The position numbers were made by a program, and so were the translations under genes. Positions 1 through 11,923 of a DNA stretch of 64,000 nt are shown here, piece by piece (within the stretch, counting starts at the first letter, position 1; each line of letters starts with the position of its first letter). Location: assembly GCA_015233115.1 (NCBI GenBank), contig JADFYJ010000015.1, positions 450-64,449 on the forward strand, written 5' to 3'. This DNA comes from Candidatus Omnitrophota bacterium (GTDB taxonomy: Bacteria; Omnitrophota; Gorgyraeia; Zapsychrales; Zapsychraceae). Under the pieces are notes generated by a model, which saw nothing but the letters and a program-made list of their open reading frames with translations, searched no databases and was not told where the DNA came from.

Positions 1-120
1 TAAAGGATTCATGGATTCTATTTTACCTATTAAATTTACATCACATCCTTTTGCCAACTTGTTAATCCTGACCAACGGAGTATGGCCTACCGTTTTCGTG
101 ATATCATCGAATATACGCAT
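1..120 (-). CDS. cysK: Cysteine synthase (O-acetylserine sulfhydrylase), N-terminal 40 codons only; the gene runs off the window start
   Basis: Minus-strand translation from the ATG at 118-120 reads MRIFDDITKTVGHTPLVRINKL...NLIGKIESMNPL, a typical CysK N-terminus. AGGAG RBS 8 nt upstream. Not in the ORF track because it is truncated. Confidence 0.6.
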   Translation of the reverse strand, partial: MRIFDDITKTVGHTPLVRINKLAKGCDVNLIGKIESMNPL

Positions 121-136
121 ACGAGCTCCTGATTTA

Positions 137-1743
<1,607 letters not shown>

Positions 1744-2181
1744 TTAAATTGTATAATCCAATGGTTTTAATTTCTTATTGGCCATATTCACCATATCCGC
1801 CAAAGTATATTCTTCAAAAATTTTAGAAATCGATTGCGACACTTCTTTCCAAATCACCTGCGCAATGCATTCCCCGCTACGGCCGCATATAGCGTCATTA
1901 TCCACGCAATCGACCAAAACAATCGGCCCTTCCAGCGTGGATACGATGTCTTTCAATGTTATTTCTTTAGGAAATTTTGCCAGCATGTATCCGCCATGCG
2001 CGCCTCTCACCGTCGATACTAGCCCAGCATTCTTTAACGCAGGCACTAATTGCCATAGATATTTTTCAGAAATATTTTGACGCAGAGCAATATCCCGCAA
2101 TAAGATAGGGCCATGGCCAAAATTCATGGCCAAGTCCAGTAAAAACCGCAAACCATATCGCCCGCGAGTTGTAAGCTTCAT
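1744..2181 (-). CDS. Rrf2-family transcriptional regulator (IscR/CymR-like, three-Cys cluster)
   Basis: 145 aa. MKLTTRGRYGLR...HGGYMLAKFPKEITLKDIV wHTH. CVDNDAICGRSGEC cysteine triad. 12 nt upstream of metY, so cotranscription is likely. Confidence 0.85.
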   Translation of the reverse strand: MKLTTRGRYGLRFLLDLAMNFGHGPILLRDIALRQNISEKYLWQLVPALKNAGLVSTVRGAHGGYMLAKFPKEITLKDIVSTLEGPIVLVDCVDNDAICGRSGECIAQVIWKEVSQSISKIFEEYTLADMVNMANKKLKPLDYTI

Positions 2182-2288
2182 AATAAAATTTAAAAAAACA
2201 ACTGGAACTTAAGTTAATAGAAAAAATAGTTTATTTTCAATCTAAGATTTTATAGTAATAGTAAGAGCTTTTCAATGTAAATAAAGTA

Positions 2289-3098
2289 CTACGAGGAAAT
2301 GATAGAAATTCCATGTTTATTGGCAAGTTTAATCGTTCGCTCTCTATCGATGATGATAGTTTTTCCGGATTCAATGGCTAAGCAGCAACATTTAGATTTT
2401 ATCATGTTCTGAACAGTGCGTGGGCCAATGACCGGCACGTCAAAACGGGAATCTTGTTTGGGTTTGCTCATTTTAACCACTACCGCCCCGCGGCGCGAAA
2501 TATGTCCTCCCCGCAAAATTGTTTTATCTGTTCCTTCCATGGCTTCGATGGCTACAATCGCTTTTTCTTTAACAACGACCGTCTGCCCCACATCCATACC
2601 GCCCATTTGTTTTGCCAAATCCCGGCCAAAACCTATATCCGTCAATTCAGTTTGTGTTGGACCCCGGCGGGTCAAAGTCCCTTTAGGCGCCAAATAATCT
2701 TTGATTAAAGCCGTGGAATCCATGAGCGTCATTCCGTATTCGCTTAATTTATTTCCTATAGCTGAAAAAATAGTATCTGCCTTACGATCCGTCATAGTTT
2801 GAAATAATTTTTGAATTTCTTCGTCATAAGGCACGGAAGGATTAAATAAATTCTTTTGGCTGACTTGGCCAGCCATGATGACTTGTCTCACCCCACGGGA
2901 ACGGAGGTATTCAAAACTTTTTTTGAGGTCGCTCGCCCAAAACATTTGCAATTCATTGACAAAAAAACGCAGAAAAAAAGATGTATCGCCTTTGATCCCC
3001 ATGGCTACGACATGATATCCCTGGCTTCGAGCCTGCTGAGCGAATAAAATAGGGAATTGACCGTTGCCGGCAATAAGGCCAAGAATTTTTTCAGACAT
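2289..3098 (-). CDS. lpxI: UDP-2,3-diacylglucosamine pyrophosphatase LpxI (DUF1009)
   Basis: 269 aa. ILGLIAGNGQFPILFAQQARSQGYHVV N-terminus typical of LpxI. Last gene of the lpx cluster. Confidence 0.7.
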   Translation of the reverse strand: MSEKILGLIAGNGQFPILFAQQARSQGYHVVAMGIKGDTSFFLRFFVNELQMFWASDLKKSFEYLRSRGVRQVIMAGQVSQKNLFNPSVPYDEEIQKLFQTMTDRKADTIFSAIGNKLSEYGMTLMDSTALIKDYLAPKGTLTRRGPTQTELTDIGFGRDLAKQMGGMDVGQTVVVKEKAIVAIEAMEGTDKTILRGGHISRRGAVVVKMSKPKQDSRFDVPVIGPRTVQNMIKSKCCCLAIESGKTIIIDRERTIKLANKHGISIISS

Positions 3099-3258
3099 AA
3101 ATTACAACAAAGTTTATTAATTCACACTATAATTTTTTATGTTGTTTGCATTCACTACGGGTATACGATCCATGCTCAAACAGGCCTGACGGCGAACTGC
3201 GCGCGGACATATACCCTCCGTTCACACAAACAACGCTTATCTCAATTAAATCATTTTT

Positions 3259-3290
3259 TTCTACTTTGTACTCTGTACTTTTTCTTACTC
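3259..3290. repeat. Oligo-repeat arm, family D (GTACTNTG octamer), at the lpxA 3' flank
   Basis: ctactttgtactctgtactttttcttactc. Same motif as the arm at 62456-62490. Overlaps the lpxA C-terminal codons. Confidence 0.5.
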
Positions 3291-4100
3291 TTCTCCAGCA
3301 TGAGCGCCGCTCAGCATGCCCCGCTTTGAAGTCTTGGCGAAAAAAACCAGATGCTGAAGTTCCGGAACCAATTTCAGTTCTCTCTCGATCTTTTCCAGCG
3401 CGGTTTTCTTAGCCAAACCCGAACGGAATAGGATTCTCACTGCTTGTTTGAGCAAAGTCAAAGTTTCCGAACTGATTCCCGCCCGTTTAAGGCCAACGGT
3501 ATTCAAGCCGATTACTTTGGCCGGATGTCCGTCGCATAAACAAAACGGCGGCAAATCCTGAGGCACTTTACTGCAGCCGCCTATCATACTTAACCGTCCT
3601 AAACGGGTAAATTGATGAACTGCCCCAAAACCCGCAATGACGACATTATCCTCAACAACCACATGTCCAGCTAAAGAAGCATTATTAGCCATGATGCAGT
3701 TATTTCCAATAATGCAATCATGCGCGATATGGCAATAGGCCATAATCCAATTATTATTTCCTAAAACAGTTTGAGACCCGCCATCAACAGTGCCGGGATT
3801 AATTGTCACATATTCACGGATCACATTATTGTCGCCAATGTTCAAAAAAACATTATCATCCGCTGAATGTTTTTTATCCTGAGGCGGACTGCCCACGACC
3901 GCGCCGGTATAAATTTTACAATTCATCCCTAACTTGGTTTGGCCGGTCACCACCACATGATTTCCAATAACGGTATGATCGCCAATAACCACATCCGGGC
4001 CAATGATCGCATACGGCCCGATCTTCACTCCGGGAGATATTTTAGCCTTAGGATCAACAATAGCTGTTTCGTGTATCGATATATTTTCCATTACCTTCAC
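3285..4100 (-). CDS. lpxA: Acyl-ACP--UDP-GlcNAc O-acyltransferase
   Basis: 271 aa. Hexapeptide-repeat left-handed beta-helix (IGPYAIIGPDVVIGDHTVIGNHVVV...). Position between lpxC/fabZ and lpxI. Confidence 0.9.
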   Translation of the reverse strand: MKVMENISIHETAIVDPKAKISPGVKIGPYAIIGPDVVIGDHTVIGNHVVVTGQTKLGMNCKIYTGAVVGSPPQDKKHSADDNVFLNIGDNNVIREYVTINPGTVDGGSQTVLGNNNWIMAYCHIAHDCIIGNNCIMANNASLAGHVVVEDNVVIAGFGAVHQFTRLGRLSMIGGCSKVPQDLPPFCLCDGHPAKVIGLNTVGLKRAGISSETLTLLKQAVRILFRSGLAKKTALEKIERELKLVPELQHLVFFAKTSKRGMLSGAHAGEE

Positions 4101-4133
4101 CTTTTGAATATTTCCAATTAATATACCACAAAA

Positions 4134-5447
4134 CTATTCCAATGCAAATTTCATTTCTGCTTCAACCGCCACATCTGGTCCGACCTTCCCCACTACCTTC
4201 GCCTGCGCAATACGGCTTTTCGCTTTGACGATTTCAATTTCCATAATTAATTGATCTCCCGGAACAACCATGCGGCGAAACTTAACCGCATCCACGGTTA
4301 AAAACAACGGGACTTTGCCTAAGTTTTCTTCCATGCTTAACAAACAAACTCCCACTGTCTGCGCCATAGCTTCCAGCATCAAAACACCAGGCATAACCGG
4401 TTTTCCCGGAAAATGACCGGTAAAAAATTGTTCATTCATGGAAACATTCTTGATGCCTACTGCTTTTTTTCCACGTTCTGTTTCTACCACCCTGTCAACC
4501 AACAAAAAAGGATATCGATGAGGAATAATTTTCATGATATCCTCAACACGAAATTCACGCTGGCCTTGAGCCGTAAAAACCGGTACAAAATTTTGAGCCT
4601 TAGATTTTTGATTTAACAACGCGATCTTTTGAACCAATTTAAAATTCAGGTCATGCCCGCTTTTTAAACCGACAAAATGCCCTTTGATGGGCTTCCCCAG
4701 CATAGAAAGATCTCCTAATAAATCCAGGGCCTTATGCCGGGCCGGTTCGTCGGGAAATCTCAGTTGATTATCCAAAACATGGTCATCCGAAAAAACCAGA
4801 GCGTTTTTGGTGCTAGCGCCTTTTGCTAATCCCTGCTCCCGTAAAAAAGCCACTTCCCGCTCCATGCAAAAAGTCCGCGCGCCTGCCAATTTTTCCGCGT
4901 AATTATTTTGATCCACCACCATCTCAAAAAATTGCGTCCCTAAAAGAGGATGGTCATAATCCAATGTATAAGAAATTTTTAATTCATCGCACGGAAAAGC
5001 GAAAATAGAACTATTTTTTCCATCAACGCCCACAGGTTCTAATATTTTAATATACGTCCGGTCCGCTTTCTGCTCCACCAGGCCGGCGGATTTGATCGCG
5101 TTCATAAATTCCAGACCGCTTCCGTCGAGAATGGGCGTCTCGGAAGCGTCAATTTCAACCGTGACATTATCCACGTTCAAGCCTGACAACGCGCTCATTA
5201 AATGTTCAATCGTGTAAACCACAGCAGGACCATTTTTAATGCCGGTACAGCGGTCATATTCTTCCCCTACTGTCACATTTTCCGGACAAATATTTATGGC
5301 TGGCCGTCCTGGAAGATCAGTACGAATAAATATAATCCCCTGATTATCCAAAGCAGGCTTTAAAACCATGTGCACCGGCTGACCTGTATGAACGCCAACC
5401 CCGGCAATTTTTATTTCCGACGCTATAGTTTGTTGTTTTTCAGACAT
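4134..5447 (-). CDS. lpxC-fabZ: Bifunctional UDP-3-O-acyl-GlcNAc deacetylase / 3-hydroxyacyl-ACP dehydratase (LpxC-FabZ fusion)
   Basis: 437 aa. N-terminal LpxC (IAGVGVHTGQPVHMVLKPA...IRTDL). C-terminal FabZ hot-dog (HRYPFLLVDRVVE...FFTGHFPGKPVMPGVLMLEAMAQ). Confidence 0.9.
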   Translation of the reverse strand: MSEKQQTIASEIKIAGVGVHTGQPVHMVLKPALDNQGIIFIRTDLPGRPAINICPENVTVGEEYDRCTGIKNGPAVVYTIEHLMSALSGLNVDNVTVEIDASETPILDGSGLEFMNAIKSAGLVEQKADRTYIKILEPVGVDGKNSSIFAFPCDELKISYTLDYDHPLLGTQFFEMVVDQNNYAEKLAGARTFCMEREVAFLREQGLAKGASTKNALVFSDDHVLDNQLRFPDEPARHKALDLLGDLSMLGKPIKGHFVGLKSGHDLNFKLVQKIALLNQKSKAQNFVPVFTAQGQREFRVEDIMKIIPHRYPFLLVDRVVETERGKKAVGIKNVSMNEQFFTGHFPGKPVMPGVLMLEAMAQTVGVCLLSMEENLGKVPLFLTVDAVKFRRMVVPGDQLIMEIEIVKAKSRIAQAKVVGKVGPDVAVEAEMKFALE

Positions 5448-5460
5448 TAATTGGATCCTC

Positions 5461-5712
5461 TAACGTATATAGTATGTGGTATGTCGTATATGGTGAAAAA
5501 TTTTAAAAAACTAAAATAGATAAAAATATATATACTTTAGTCGGGAAAGTCAATAACCACGTCAAAAAATCACGCTAGTTTATCTTAAAATAATTTAGCT
5601 TATATTTATTGTTTACGAATTATTCCCACTAATCGCTTTTGCCCTGAATATTTCTTAAATCGTTTTTCACTACATACCACATACCACATACCACATACGA
5701 CATACTATTTTT
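5461..5712. repeat. Inverted-repeat-flanked intergenic element, family C (GTATGTG/ACATACC heptamer arms), copy 1
   Basis: Left arm tatagtatgtggtatgtcgtatatggtg. Right arm aatcgtttttcactacataccacataccacataccacatacgacatac, which contains the lpxD stop codon. It splits lpxD from lpxC-fabZ. Confidence 0.7.
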
Positions 5713-6733
5713 TATTCTCTAACTGTTCCACTTTAAATTTCAATTCTTTAATCTGCTCGACATAATGAGCTAAACGGCTTAACATGGCATTTAATTTTTT
5801 CGCCTCATCCATTGGTCGAGCCGGATACCCAAACACCACAGATTGCGGAGGCAGGGATTTTGAAACGCCTGATTGAGCGGCAACAATGCTATTAGCTCCA
5901 ATTGTTAAATGTCCAGCAATTCCCACTTGGCCAGCCAATATGGAATTACGCTCGATCTTTGAACTCCCAGATATCCCCACTTGAGAGACAATAATACAAT
6001 TTTCTTCAATAACCACGTTATGGGCAATTTGTACTAAATTATCTATCTTAGTTCCTCTCCCAATAAAAGTTTTATCAAACCGCGCCCGGTCTATGGTCAC
6101 ATTTGCACCAATTTCAACATCATCTTCGACCACAACAGTACCAACTTGCGGGATCTTCTGGTGTTTTCCATTCACAGTCACATATCCAAATCCGTCAGAA
6201 CCAACCACTGTCCCGCTATGGATGATCACCCGATCGCCGATCAATATTTTTTCTCTGATCGTGACATGTGGATAAATAAAAGTATTGTTACCAATACACG
6301 CTTTAAATCCAATATAGGATCCAGCGCCGATTGTAGTATTATCCCCCACCACAGCTTGCGGTTCAATAACGGCAAAAGGCCCCACATTTACATTTTTCCC
6401 CAATTGCGCGTCCGTGCTTATGACGGAAGACGGATGAATACCGTTAACACGATATTCATCCTCTGCGACAAAGAGAGTCATTATTTTGGAGAAAGCCAAA
6501 GATGGGTTATCGACCCGGATCAAATTCTTACGGGGAATATCGGTTTTTTGATCAACAATAATTCCGCCCGCGCGAGTGACTTGAGCTAATGGCGCGTATT
6601 TAGGATTAGCTAAAAATGTCAAATCGTCAGGACCCGCGTCCTGAATCCCGCTCAAGGAAGCAATCGCGGCTTTTTCATCTCCGCAAACCGTTCCGCCGAC
6701 CAATTGAGCGATTTCGCCTAAAGTTTTTAACAT
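5705..6733 (-). CDS. lpxD: UDP-3-O-acylglucosamine N-acyltransferase
   Basis: 342 aa. LpxD N-terminal domain followed by hexapeptide repeats. C-terminal coiled tail. Confidence 0.9.
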   Translation of the reverse strand: MLKTLGEIAQLVGGTVCGDEKAAIASLSGIQDAGPDDLTFLANPKYAPLAQVTRAGGIIVDQKTDIPRKNLIRVDNPSLAFSKIMTLFVAEDEYRVNGIHPSSVISTDAQLGKNVNVGPFAVIEPQAVVGDNTTIGAGSYIGFKACIGNNTFIYPHVTIREKILIGDRVIIHSGTVVGSDGFGYVTVNGKHQKIPQVGTVVVEDDVEIGANVTIDRARFDKTFIGRGTKIDNLVQIAHNVVIEENCIIVSQVGISGSSKIERNSILAGQVGIAGHLTIGANSIVAAQSGVSKSLPPQSVVFGYPARPMDEAKKLNAMLSRLAHYVEQIKELKFKVEQLENKK

Positions 6734-6737
6734 GGAA

Positions 6738-7250
6738 CTATTTCTTAGGCTGCGCGTCGTTTAAAATTTTTAAAATTTCTTCTGTGACATTAAAAGCATC
6801 ATTGCCATAGATCAAAACGCGATCATTCAAAACTAATGAAAAACCTTCTTTCGTCGCATAAGAACTGACGATTTTTTCAATTTCTAACAGAATCTCGCTA
6901 ATTTTTTTATTGCGTTCTTTAGTCAACTCGGTTTTTTGCTGACGATCAAAATCCAGTAAATCCTGCTTCATTTTTTCAATCGTTTTTTCCTGTTCAGCTT
7001 TTTTATCTTCTTTTAAGACCGATAGTTTACTTTCCAAATCACGGATAGCATCGACCTTTTCTTTAGTTGATTTTTCATAATCCTGTTGTTTCGCGGATAA
7101 TACCTTATCATATTCTTTGGTTTTATAATATTCATCAAATAAACGGCTCAAGTCCGCATATCCGATTTTTTTCAATTCTGCGGCATGAACAGTCGTAGTC
7201 CATAAACCTACCGCCACCAAAAGAGTTAAAATAATTCCTAATTTTTTCAT
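6738..7250 (-). CDS. skp: Periplasmic chaperone Skp/OmpH
   Basis: Real start is [23 protein letters not shown] (signal peptide) with an AGGAGG RBS. The 35 upstream codons in the ORF track (VNNQQPITNNQQPTT) are a translation of the heptad repeat. OmpH-like coiled coil. Confidence 0.85.
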   Translation of the reverse strand: MKKLGIILTLLVAVGLWTTTVHAAELKKIGYADLSRLFDEYYKTKEYDKVLSAKQQDYEKSTKEKVDAIRDLESKLSVLKEDKKAEQEKTIEKMKQDLLDFDRQQKTELTKERNKKISEILLEIEKIVSSYATKEGFSLVLNDRVLIYGNDAFNVTEEILKILNDAQPKK

Positions 7251-7269
7251 TGAAACTTCCCTCCTAAAA

Positions 7270-7385
7270 TTAATTTTGTTGGTTGTTGGTTGTTGGTTGT
7301 TGGTTATTGGTTGTTGGTTGTTGACATCAAAACTTTCGTTTTTTCCAAAAACCAAAAACTATAAACCATCAACCATAAATTACCT
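7270..7385. repeat. Family A heptad-repeat tract (GGTTGTT/CCAACAA) in the skp 5' leader and bamA 3' flank
   Basis: (ttggttg)n x ~9, then ctttcgttttttccaaaaaccaaaaactataaaccatcaacc. Confidence 0.75.
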
Positions 7386-7390
7386 CTCTT

Positions 7391-9778
7391 CTAGAACCCT
7401 CTACTTACACTAAAATAAAATTTCCCACTCTTGGATTTGCTTTCATCACCTGGTTGAGCGCTAAGCGGAAACCCATAGTCCAAATTAATCGGCCCAATGG
7501 GAGTTTTAACTCTCGCGCCAAACCCAAAGCCCGACTTAAGACCACCTTTACCAATATCGCCTGGGCTAGCCCAAACATTACCCGTATCAAAAAATCCTGC
7601 TAATTTAAAGAAATCAACAATCGGAACTGTCAATTCTATGTTTCCAATCAGCATGCTGTCCCCGCCGATAGGATCTTTTGTGACAGAATCAATCGGCCCA
7701 ATACTGCGTTCGTCATACCCACGAATGGTCCTAGCACCGCCGGCAAAAAACCGTTCAAAAATCGGAACTTTATCTGAATTACCATACGCGTCCATATATC
7801 CGCCACGGCCGCGCAGTTCAACTACCAAACCATATTTTAACGGCACATAATAACTGTTATCTGTTTTTAAACGATAAAAATTCTTATCGCCGGAAAACGG
7901 CCCGCCAGCCAAATCCGTTCCATTGTCTGTAACCCAGCCTTTAGTCGGACTAAACACATTATCACGGGAATCACGTTTGATCGAAGCCCCCATCATACTG
8001 ATCTGGCTGTGTCCCTCTTCAGCTCTTAAATCTGCCGACACATTATCTTCCAAGTTACCAATTTTGACCCATTCATGTTTATACGACAAACCGCCCGACC
8101 AATATTCTGAAAATTGTTTCCCCAAGCGCAAAACTTGTCCTACGCGTTCTTCATCGTATATATAACCTGAGCTATTATCCCGGGAATGAACAGTCCGGTA
8201 TAAATCAAACCCGGCGGAAACAGGATGATCAAATAGCCACGGTTCTGTGAAACTTAACAATAAATTATTTTTCGTTGACCCTGCTTCAGCACGTAACGTC
8301 AATTGCTGGCCAGCTCCGGTAAAAGTCGGCCATTTTGCAAAATCGAAATTGCGTTGTTCAATTTCCACAAAACCAACCACTTTATCTACCGTACTGTACC
8401 CGCCGCCAAAACTGAATGACCCGGTTTTGGCTTCCTTCACATCAACCAGCAAATTTTTTCGGTCCGGCGCAGACGTGTCTTCCATATCAAAATTCACTTC
8501 ATCAAAATAACCCAGATTGGTCAACCGTTCTTTACTGCGCCGAAGTTTACCACCGTCAAACCGGTCGCCAGGGTATAACTTTAATTCCCGGCGGATAACA
8601 ATATCCCGGGTGCGGGAATTCCCTTGAATCTTAACTTTTTCAATATAAGCCAAACGCCCTTCATCAATATTTAACGTCACATCCACTTTAGCGAGTTTTG
8701 AATCAATCCCGGCTTCATCTTTGATATTAGCAAAAATGTAACCTTGATCAAAATATAAATTACGGACATCCGCGATATCCAAAGATAATTTTTGCCGGCT
8801 GAAATATCCGCCTTCATAAGTGTTTTTTAACGCGGTGTGAATCTGTTTTCCAGAAATTATTTTATTTCCAGCAATTTTCAGACTGCTGACCACATAACGC
8901 TTTCCTTCATCAATTTTAACATCAATTTGAATCCAGCCTTTTTGCATCTTATCGACGGAATACACAGCTGTCGCGTCGATAAAACCTTTTTGTTCATAGA
9001 AGGAGGCAATACGTTCCATATCCTCATCCAAAGTCTCTTGCTTTAAAATACCAGAACGGAACCAATTTTTCGTCCGAGTCTTAACCTGTTTCATGACAAC
9101 GCCGTCGCTAAATGTATTATTACCCAAAATATTAATTTTCTTAATCCTGATTTTCTGCCCTTCTTCAATAATAAAATGAAGACTAACTTTATTCGTTACC
9201 TCATCCACCGACTGCTCAACATCCACCTGAGCATTCGTCAAACCCTTCTTCACATACATATCCTTAATCTTTTCCACATCTTCTTTAAGAACTTTCGTGT
9301 CTAAAAACCGGCCCAATTTCGTTTGAATTTTTGTTTTTAATACTTTACTGCTGATATATCTGGTTTTAGAAAAAGACACATCCTCAATCAATTTTTTCTC
9401 GTCCAATAAAAAAATAACCTTAAAACCGCTTTCAAAATCTTGACGGTCAACCCGGACATCGGAAAAATAGCCAGTGTTATACAAACGCTTAAGATCATCG
9501 CTCACAATATTTTGCACATATTCTTGACTCACGCGGGTCTTGATCTTGGATAATATCGTAGCCAAGCTGATGGTTTTATTGCCTTTAACTTCAATCGCTG
9601 TCACCATTTTCTTGACTTCAGGGGATTCCGCAGCAGGCACCGTTGCCTCAGCAGGCGCGGGAACAGACGCGGCTTGAGGAATAGTCCCGGATGGTTCCGG
9701 CTGATTCTGTTGAGCCGCCGCGATACTGGCGAAAATGATTAAATTAACAAGCAGAAGGAAAGATAGTATTTTTTTCAT
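7391..9778 (-). CDS. bamA: Outer membrane protein assembly factor BamA (Omp85)
   Basis: Start moved to MKKILSFLLLVNLIIFASIAAA (signal peptide). The upstream 35 codons are repeat-derived. POTRA repeats and a C-terminal beta-barrel. Followed by skp and lpxD. Confidence 0.9.
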   Translation of the reverse strand: MKKILSFLLLVNLIIFASIAAAQQNQPEPSGTIPQAASVPAPAEATVPAAESPEVKKMVTAIEVKGNKTISLATILSKIKTRVSQEYVQNIVSDDLKRLYNTGYFSDVRVDRQDFESGFKVIFLLDEKKLIEDVSFSKTRYISSKVLKTKIQTKLGRFLDTKVLKEDVEKIKDMYVKKGLTNAQVDVEQSVDEVTNKVSLHFIIEEGQKIRIKKINILGNNTFSDGVVMKQVKTRTKNWFRSGILKQETLDEDMERIASFYEQKGFIDATAVYSVDKMQKGWIQIDVKIDEGKRYVVSSLKIAGNKIISGKQIHTALKNTYEGGYFSRQKLSLDIADVRNLYFDQGYIFANIKDEAGIDSKLAKVDVTLNIDEGRLAYIEKVKIQGNSRTRDIVIRRELKLYPGDRFDGGKLRRSKERLTNLGYFDEVNFDMEDTSAPDRKNLLVDVKEAKTGSFSFGGGYSTVDKVVGFVEIEQRNFDFAKWPTFTGAGQQLTLRAEAGSTKNNLLLSFTEPWLFDHPVSAGFDLYRTVHSRDNSSGYIYDEERVGQVLRLGKQFSEYWSGGLSYKHEWVKIGNLEDNVSADLRAEEGHSQISMMGASIKRDSRDNVFSPTKGWVTDNGTDLAGGPFSGDKNFYRLKTDNSYYVPLKYGLVVELRGRGGYMDAYGNSDKVPIFERFFAGGARTIRGYDERSIGPIDSVTKDPIGGDSMLIGNIELTVPIVDFFKLAGFFDTGNVWASPGDIGKGGLKSGFGFGARVKTPIGPINLDYGFPLSAQPGDESKSKSGKFYFSVSRGF

Positions 9779-9799
9779 AGGCCTCAAGGATATTGGAAT

Positions 9800-10143
9800 A
9801 TATTGGTTTATGGTTAAAAAAATGGTTAATGGTTTTTGGTTGTTGGTTTTTGGTTGTTGAATTTTTTTGTAATTATTAACCAAAAGCTAAAAACCAATAA
9901 CTCTTTCACCGTTTTATTAATGATCTTTTTTAATTGGTCTGATTATAAAGTCATAGGCATATGATGTCAACATTTGACTGGAATTTTTACTACGATTTTT
10001 AAAGCATGAGACGATAGATTATAGTCGACGGGTAATATAATTTGAATTTCAAATTTTTATTGTTAATTTTGGGCTCTTATTTTTAAAAAAGAGCTTCTCC
10101 CCATTCGCTTTTTCCAAAAACCAACAACCATCAACCAAAAACC
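9800..10143. repeat. Family A inverted-repeat-flanked intergenic element between dnaB and bamA
   Basis: G/T-rich arm at 9800-9900 (tggtttatggttaaaaaaatggttaatggtttttggttgttggtttttggttgttg). Complementary arm at 10104-10143 (attcgctttttccaaaaaccaacaaccatcaaccaaaaacc). Confidence 0.7.
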
Positions 10144-10149
10144 TTCAAG

Positions 10150-11481
10150 TTAAGAATTGTGCGCCAAATTTTCAAATCGAATAAATTCTTTGGCAAATTG
10201 CAATTTGACACTACCAACAGGACCATTACGTTGTTTGGCCATGATGACTTCGGCAATGCCTTTATTTTCTTCAGTCGGATTATAATATTCTTCCCGCATA
10301 AGCAACATGACCACGTCAGCGTCCTGTTCAATCGCGCCAGATTCCCTTAAATCGGAAAGTTGAGGCCTATGGTCAGTTCGTTGTTCAACCGCCCGCGATA
10401 ACTGGCTGAGCGCCATAACTGGCACACTCAATTCCCGGGCCAAAGCTTTCAGAGAACGAGAAATTTCTGAAATTTCCTGCTGACGGCTTTCCGGCCGGCC
10501 GGAACTGCGCATGAGTTGAATATAGTCTAAAATAATCAATTGGATATCATAATTCGCTTTTAACCGACGGGCTTTAGCCCTAAGCTCCAAAGCGGAAATC
10601 GCGGGAGTGTCATCAATGATAATCGGGGCATTGGAAAGCATACCTGCGGCTTTGGTGATTTTAGGCCAATCAGATGGGGCCAAAAACCCCGACCGCACTT
10701 TGTGAGCATCAACCTTGGCTTGAGAACAAATCATACGCTGGACCACCTGCTCTTTTGACATTTCCAAACTGAAAACTGCCACCGGACGTTTATAGTCTAA
10801 CGCAACCCTCTCGCCCACAGACATGGCAAAAGCGGTTTTTCCCATAGAAGGCCTGGCTGCCACAATAATCAAATCAGACGATTGCAAGCCGGATGTCATT
10901 TTATCAATCTCATGAAACCCGGTCGGAACTCCGGTAATATGTTCTTTACGCTGATATAATTTATCGAGTTTATCAATGCTCTCTTTTACTAAATCTTTGA
11001 TAAGAAACGCTTTTTGGTGCTGCTTTAAATCCGCGACCTCAAAAATCAGCTGTTCCGCCTGATCAACGAGTTGGTCAACATCACCCTTAGCCTCGTAACA
11101 TTGAGTGACAATCTTCGTTGCATTTTTGATCAAAGCACGGAGCACACCTTTTTCTTTAACAATATGCGCGTAATGGTCAATATGCGCGGAGGTAGGGACA
11201 GACTCAAATATACTGGAGATATAAGAATGGCCTCCTGTTTTTTCCAGAAGGCCATCATTTTGCAATTTATTCGTTAACGTTAAATAGTCAACTTTTTTGC
11301 TGTCTGAATAAAGCTGAACAATCGCTCCATAAATAATACGATGCGGTTCTTCATAAAACCAATTTTCGTCCAGGATTTCGATCGCGATGCCAATGGCTTC
11401 GGAATCAAGCAGCATGGAACCCAATACCGATTTTTCTGCCTCGATATTGTGAGGTGGAATTCTTATTTCTTGGTGACCCAT
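10150..11481 (-). CDS. dnaB: Replicative DNA helicase
   Basis: 443 aa. DnaB N-terminal domain (HNIEAEKSVLGSMLLD). Walker A (ARPSMGKTAFA) and RecA-like C-terminal domain. Confidence 0.95.
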   Translation of the reverse strand: MGHQEIRIPPHNIEAEKSVLGSMLLDSEAIGIAIEILDENWFYEEPHRIIYGAIVQLYSDSKKVDYLTLTNKLQNDGLLEKTGGHSYISSIFESVPTSAHIDHYAHIVKEKGVLRALIKNATKIVTQCYEAKGDVDQLVDQAEQLIFEVADLKQHQKAFLIKDLVKESIDKLDKLYQRKEHITGVPTGFHEIDKMTSGLQSSDLIIVAARPSMGKTAFAMSVGERVALDYKRPVAVFSLEMSKEQVVQRMICSQAKVDAHKVRSGFLAPSDWPKITKAAGMLSNAPIIIDDTPAISALELRAKARRLKANYDIQLIILDYIQLMRSSGRPESRQQEISEISRSLKALARELSVPVMALSQLSRAVEQRTDHRPQLSDLRESGAIEQDADVVMLLMREEYYNPTEENKGIAEVIMAKQRNGPVGSVKLQFAKEFIRFENLAHNS

Positions 11482-11906
11482 ACGCGCACTTTAGCTACCA
11501 CTTCCGGATGAATTTTTACGTTGACATCAAAAATTCCAAGCTCTTCAAGCGGCTTGGCCAGTTCGACCTGTTTTTTGTCAATCTCAAATCCTTCATTGGT
11601 TAAAACTTGTGCGATTTCTGCCGCCGTGACTGAACCATACAACTTCTCGAGGTCATTGACTTCAACCGGTATCGTGCAAGACACTTTTTCTAATTTATCA
11701 GCAAACGCCTGAGCCGCTGCTTTTTGCTTGTCATTTTCAGCTTTGCGTTTTTCTTCCAATTTGGTGATACGCTTCATGTTAGCCGGCGTAGCCAAATATG
11801 CTTTTCCGTTAGGGATCAGGAAATTACGGGCAAAACCATCTTTGACTTTAATCACCTCTCCGATTTTCCCAACGCTTGGGATATCTTCACATAAAATAAC
11901 TTCCAT
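11463..11906 (-). CDS. rplI: 50S ribosomal protein L9
   Basis: 147 aa. MEVILCEDIPSVGKIGEVIKVKDGFARNFLIP. Confidence 0.9.
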   Translation of the reverse strand: MEVILCEDIPSVGKIGEVIKVKDGFARNFLIPNGKAYLATPANMKRITKLEEKRKAENDKQKAAAQAFADKLEKVSCTIPVEVNDLEKLYGSVTAAEIAQVLTNEGFEIDKKQVELAKPLEELGIFDVNVKIHPEVVAKVRVWVTKK

Positions 11907-11923
11907 TAGTTCTCCTTTATAAA

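Noticed and set aside
6738-7355. Long N-terminal extensions of skp, bamA (to 9883), hisG (to 21042) and spoVG (to 18163) in the ORF track
   Set aside because: The extra codons translate the heptad repeats (NNQQPTT and similar). They lack an RBS, and for spoVG they overlap ispE. Internal Met starts with a signal peptide or canonical N-terminus and an RBS are far more plausible.
10131-10331. 66-aa ORF overlapping the dnaB 3' end
   Set aside because: Same strand but different frame from dnaB, entirely inside it apart from a repeat-derived tail. Spurious.
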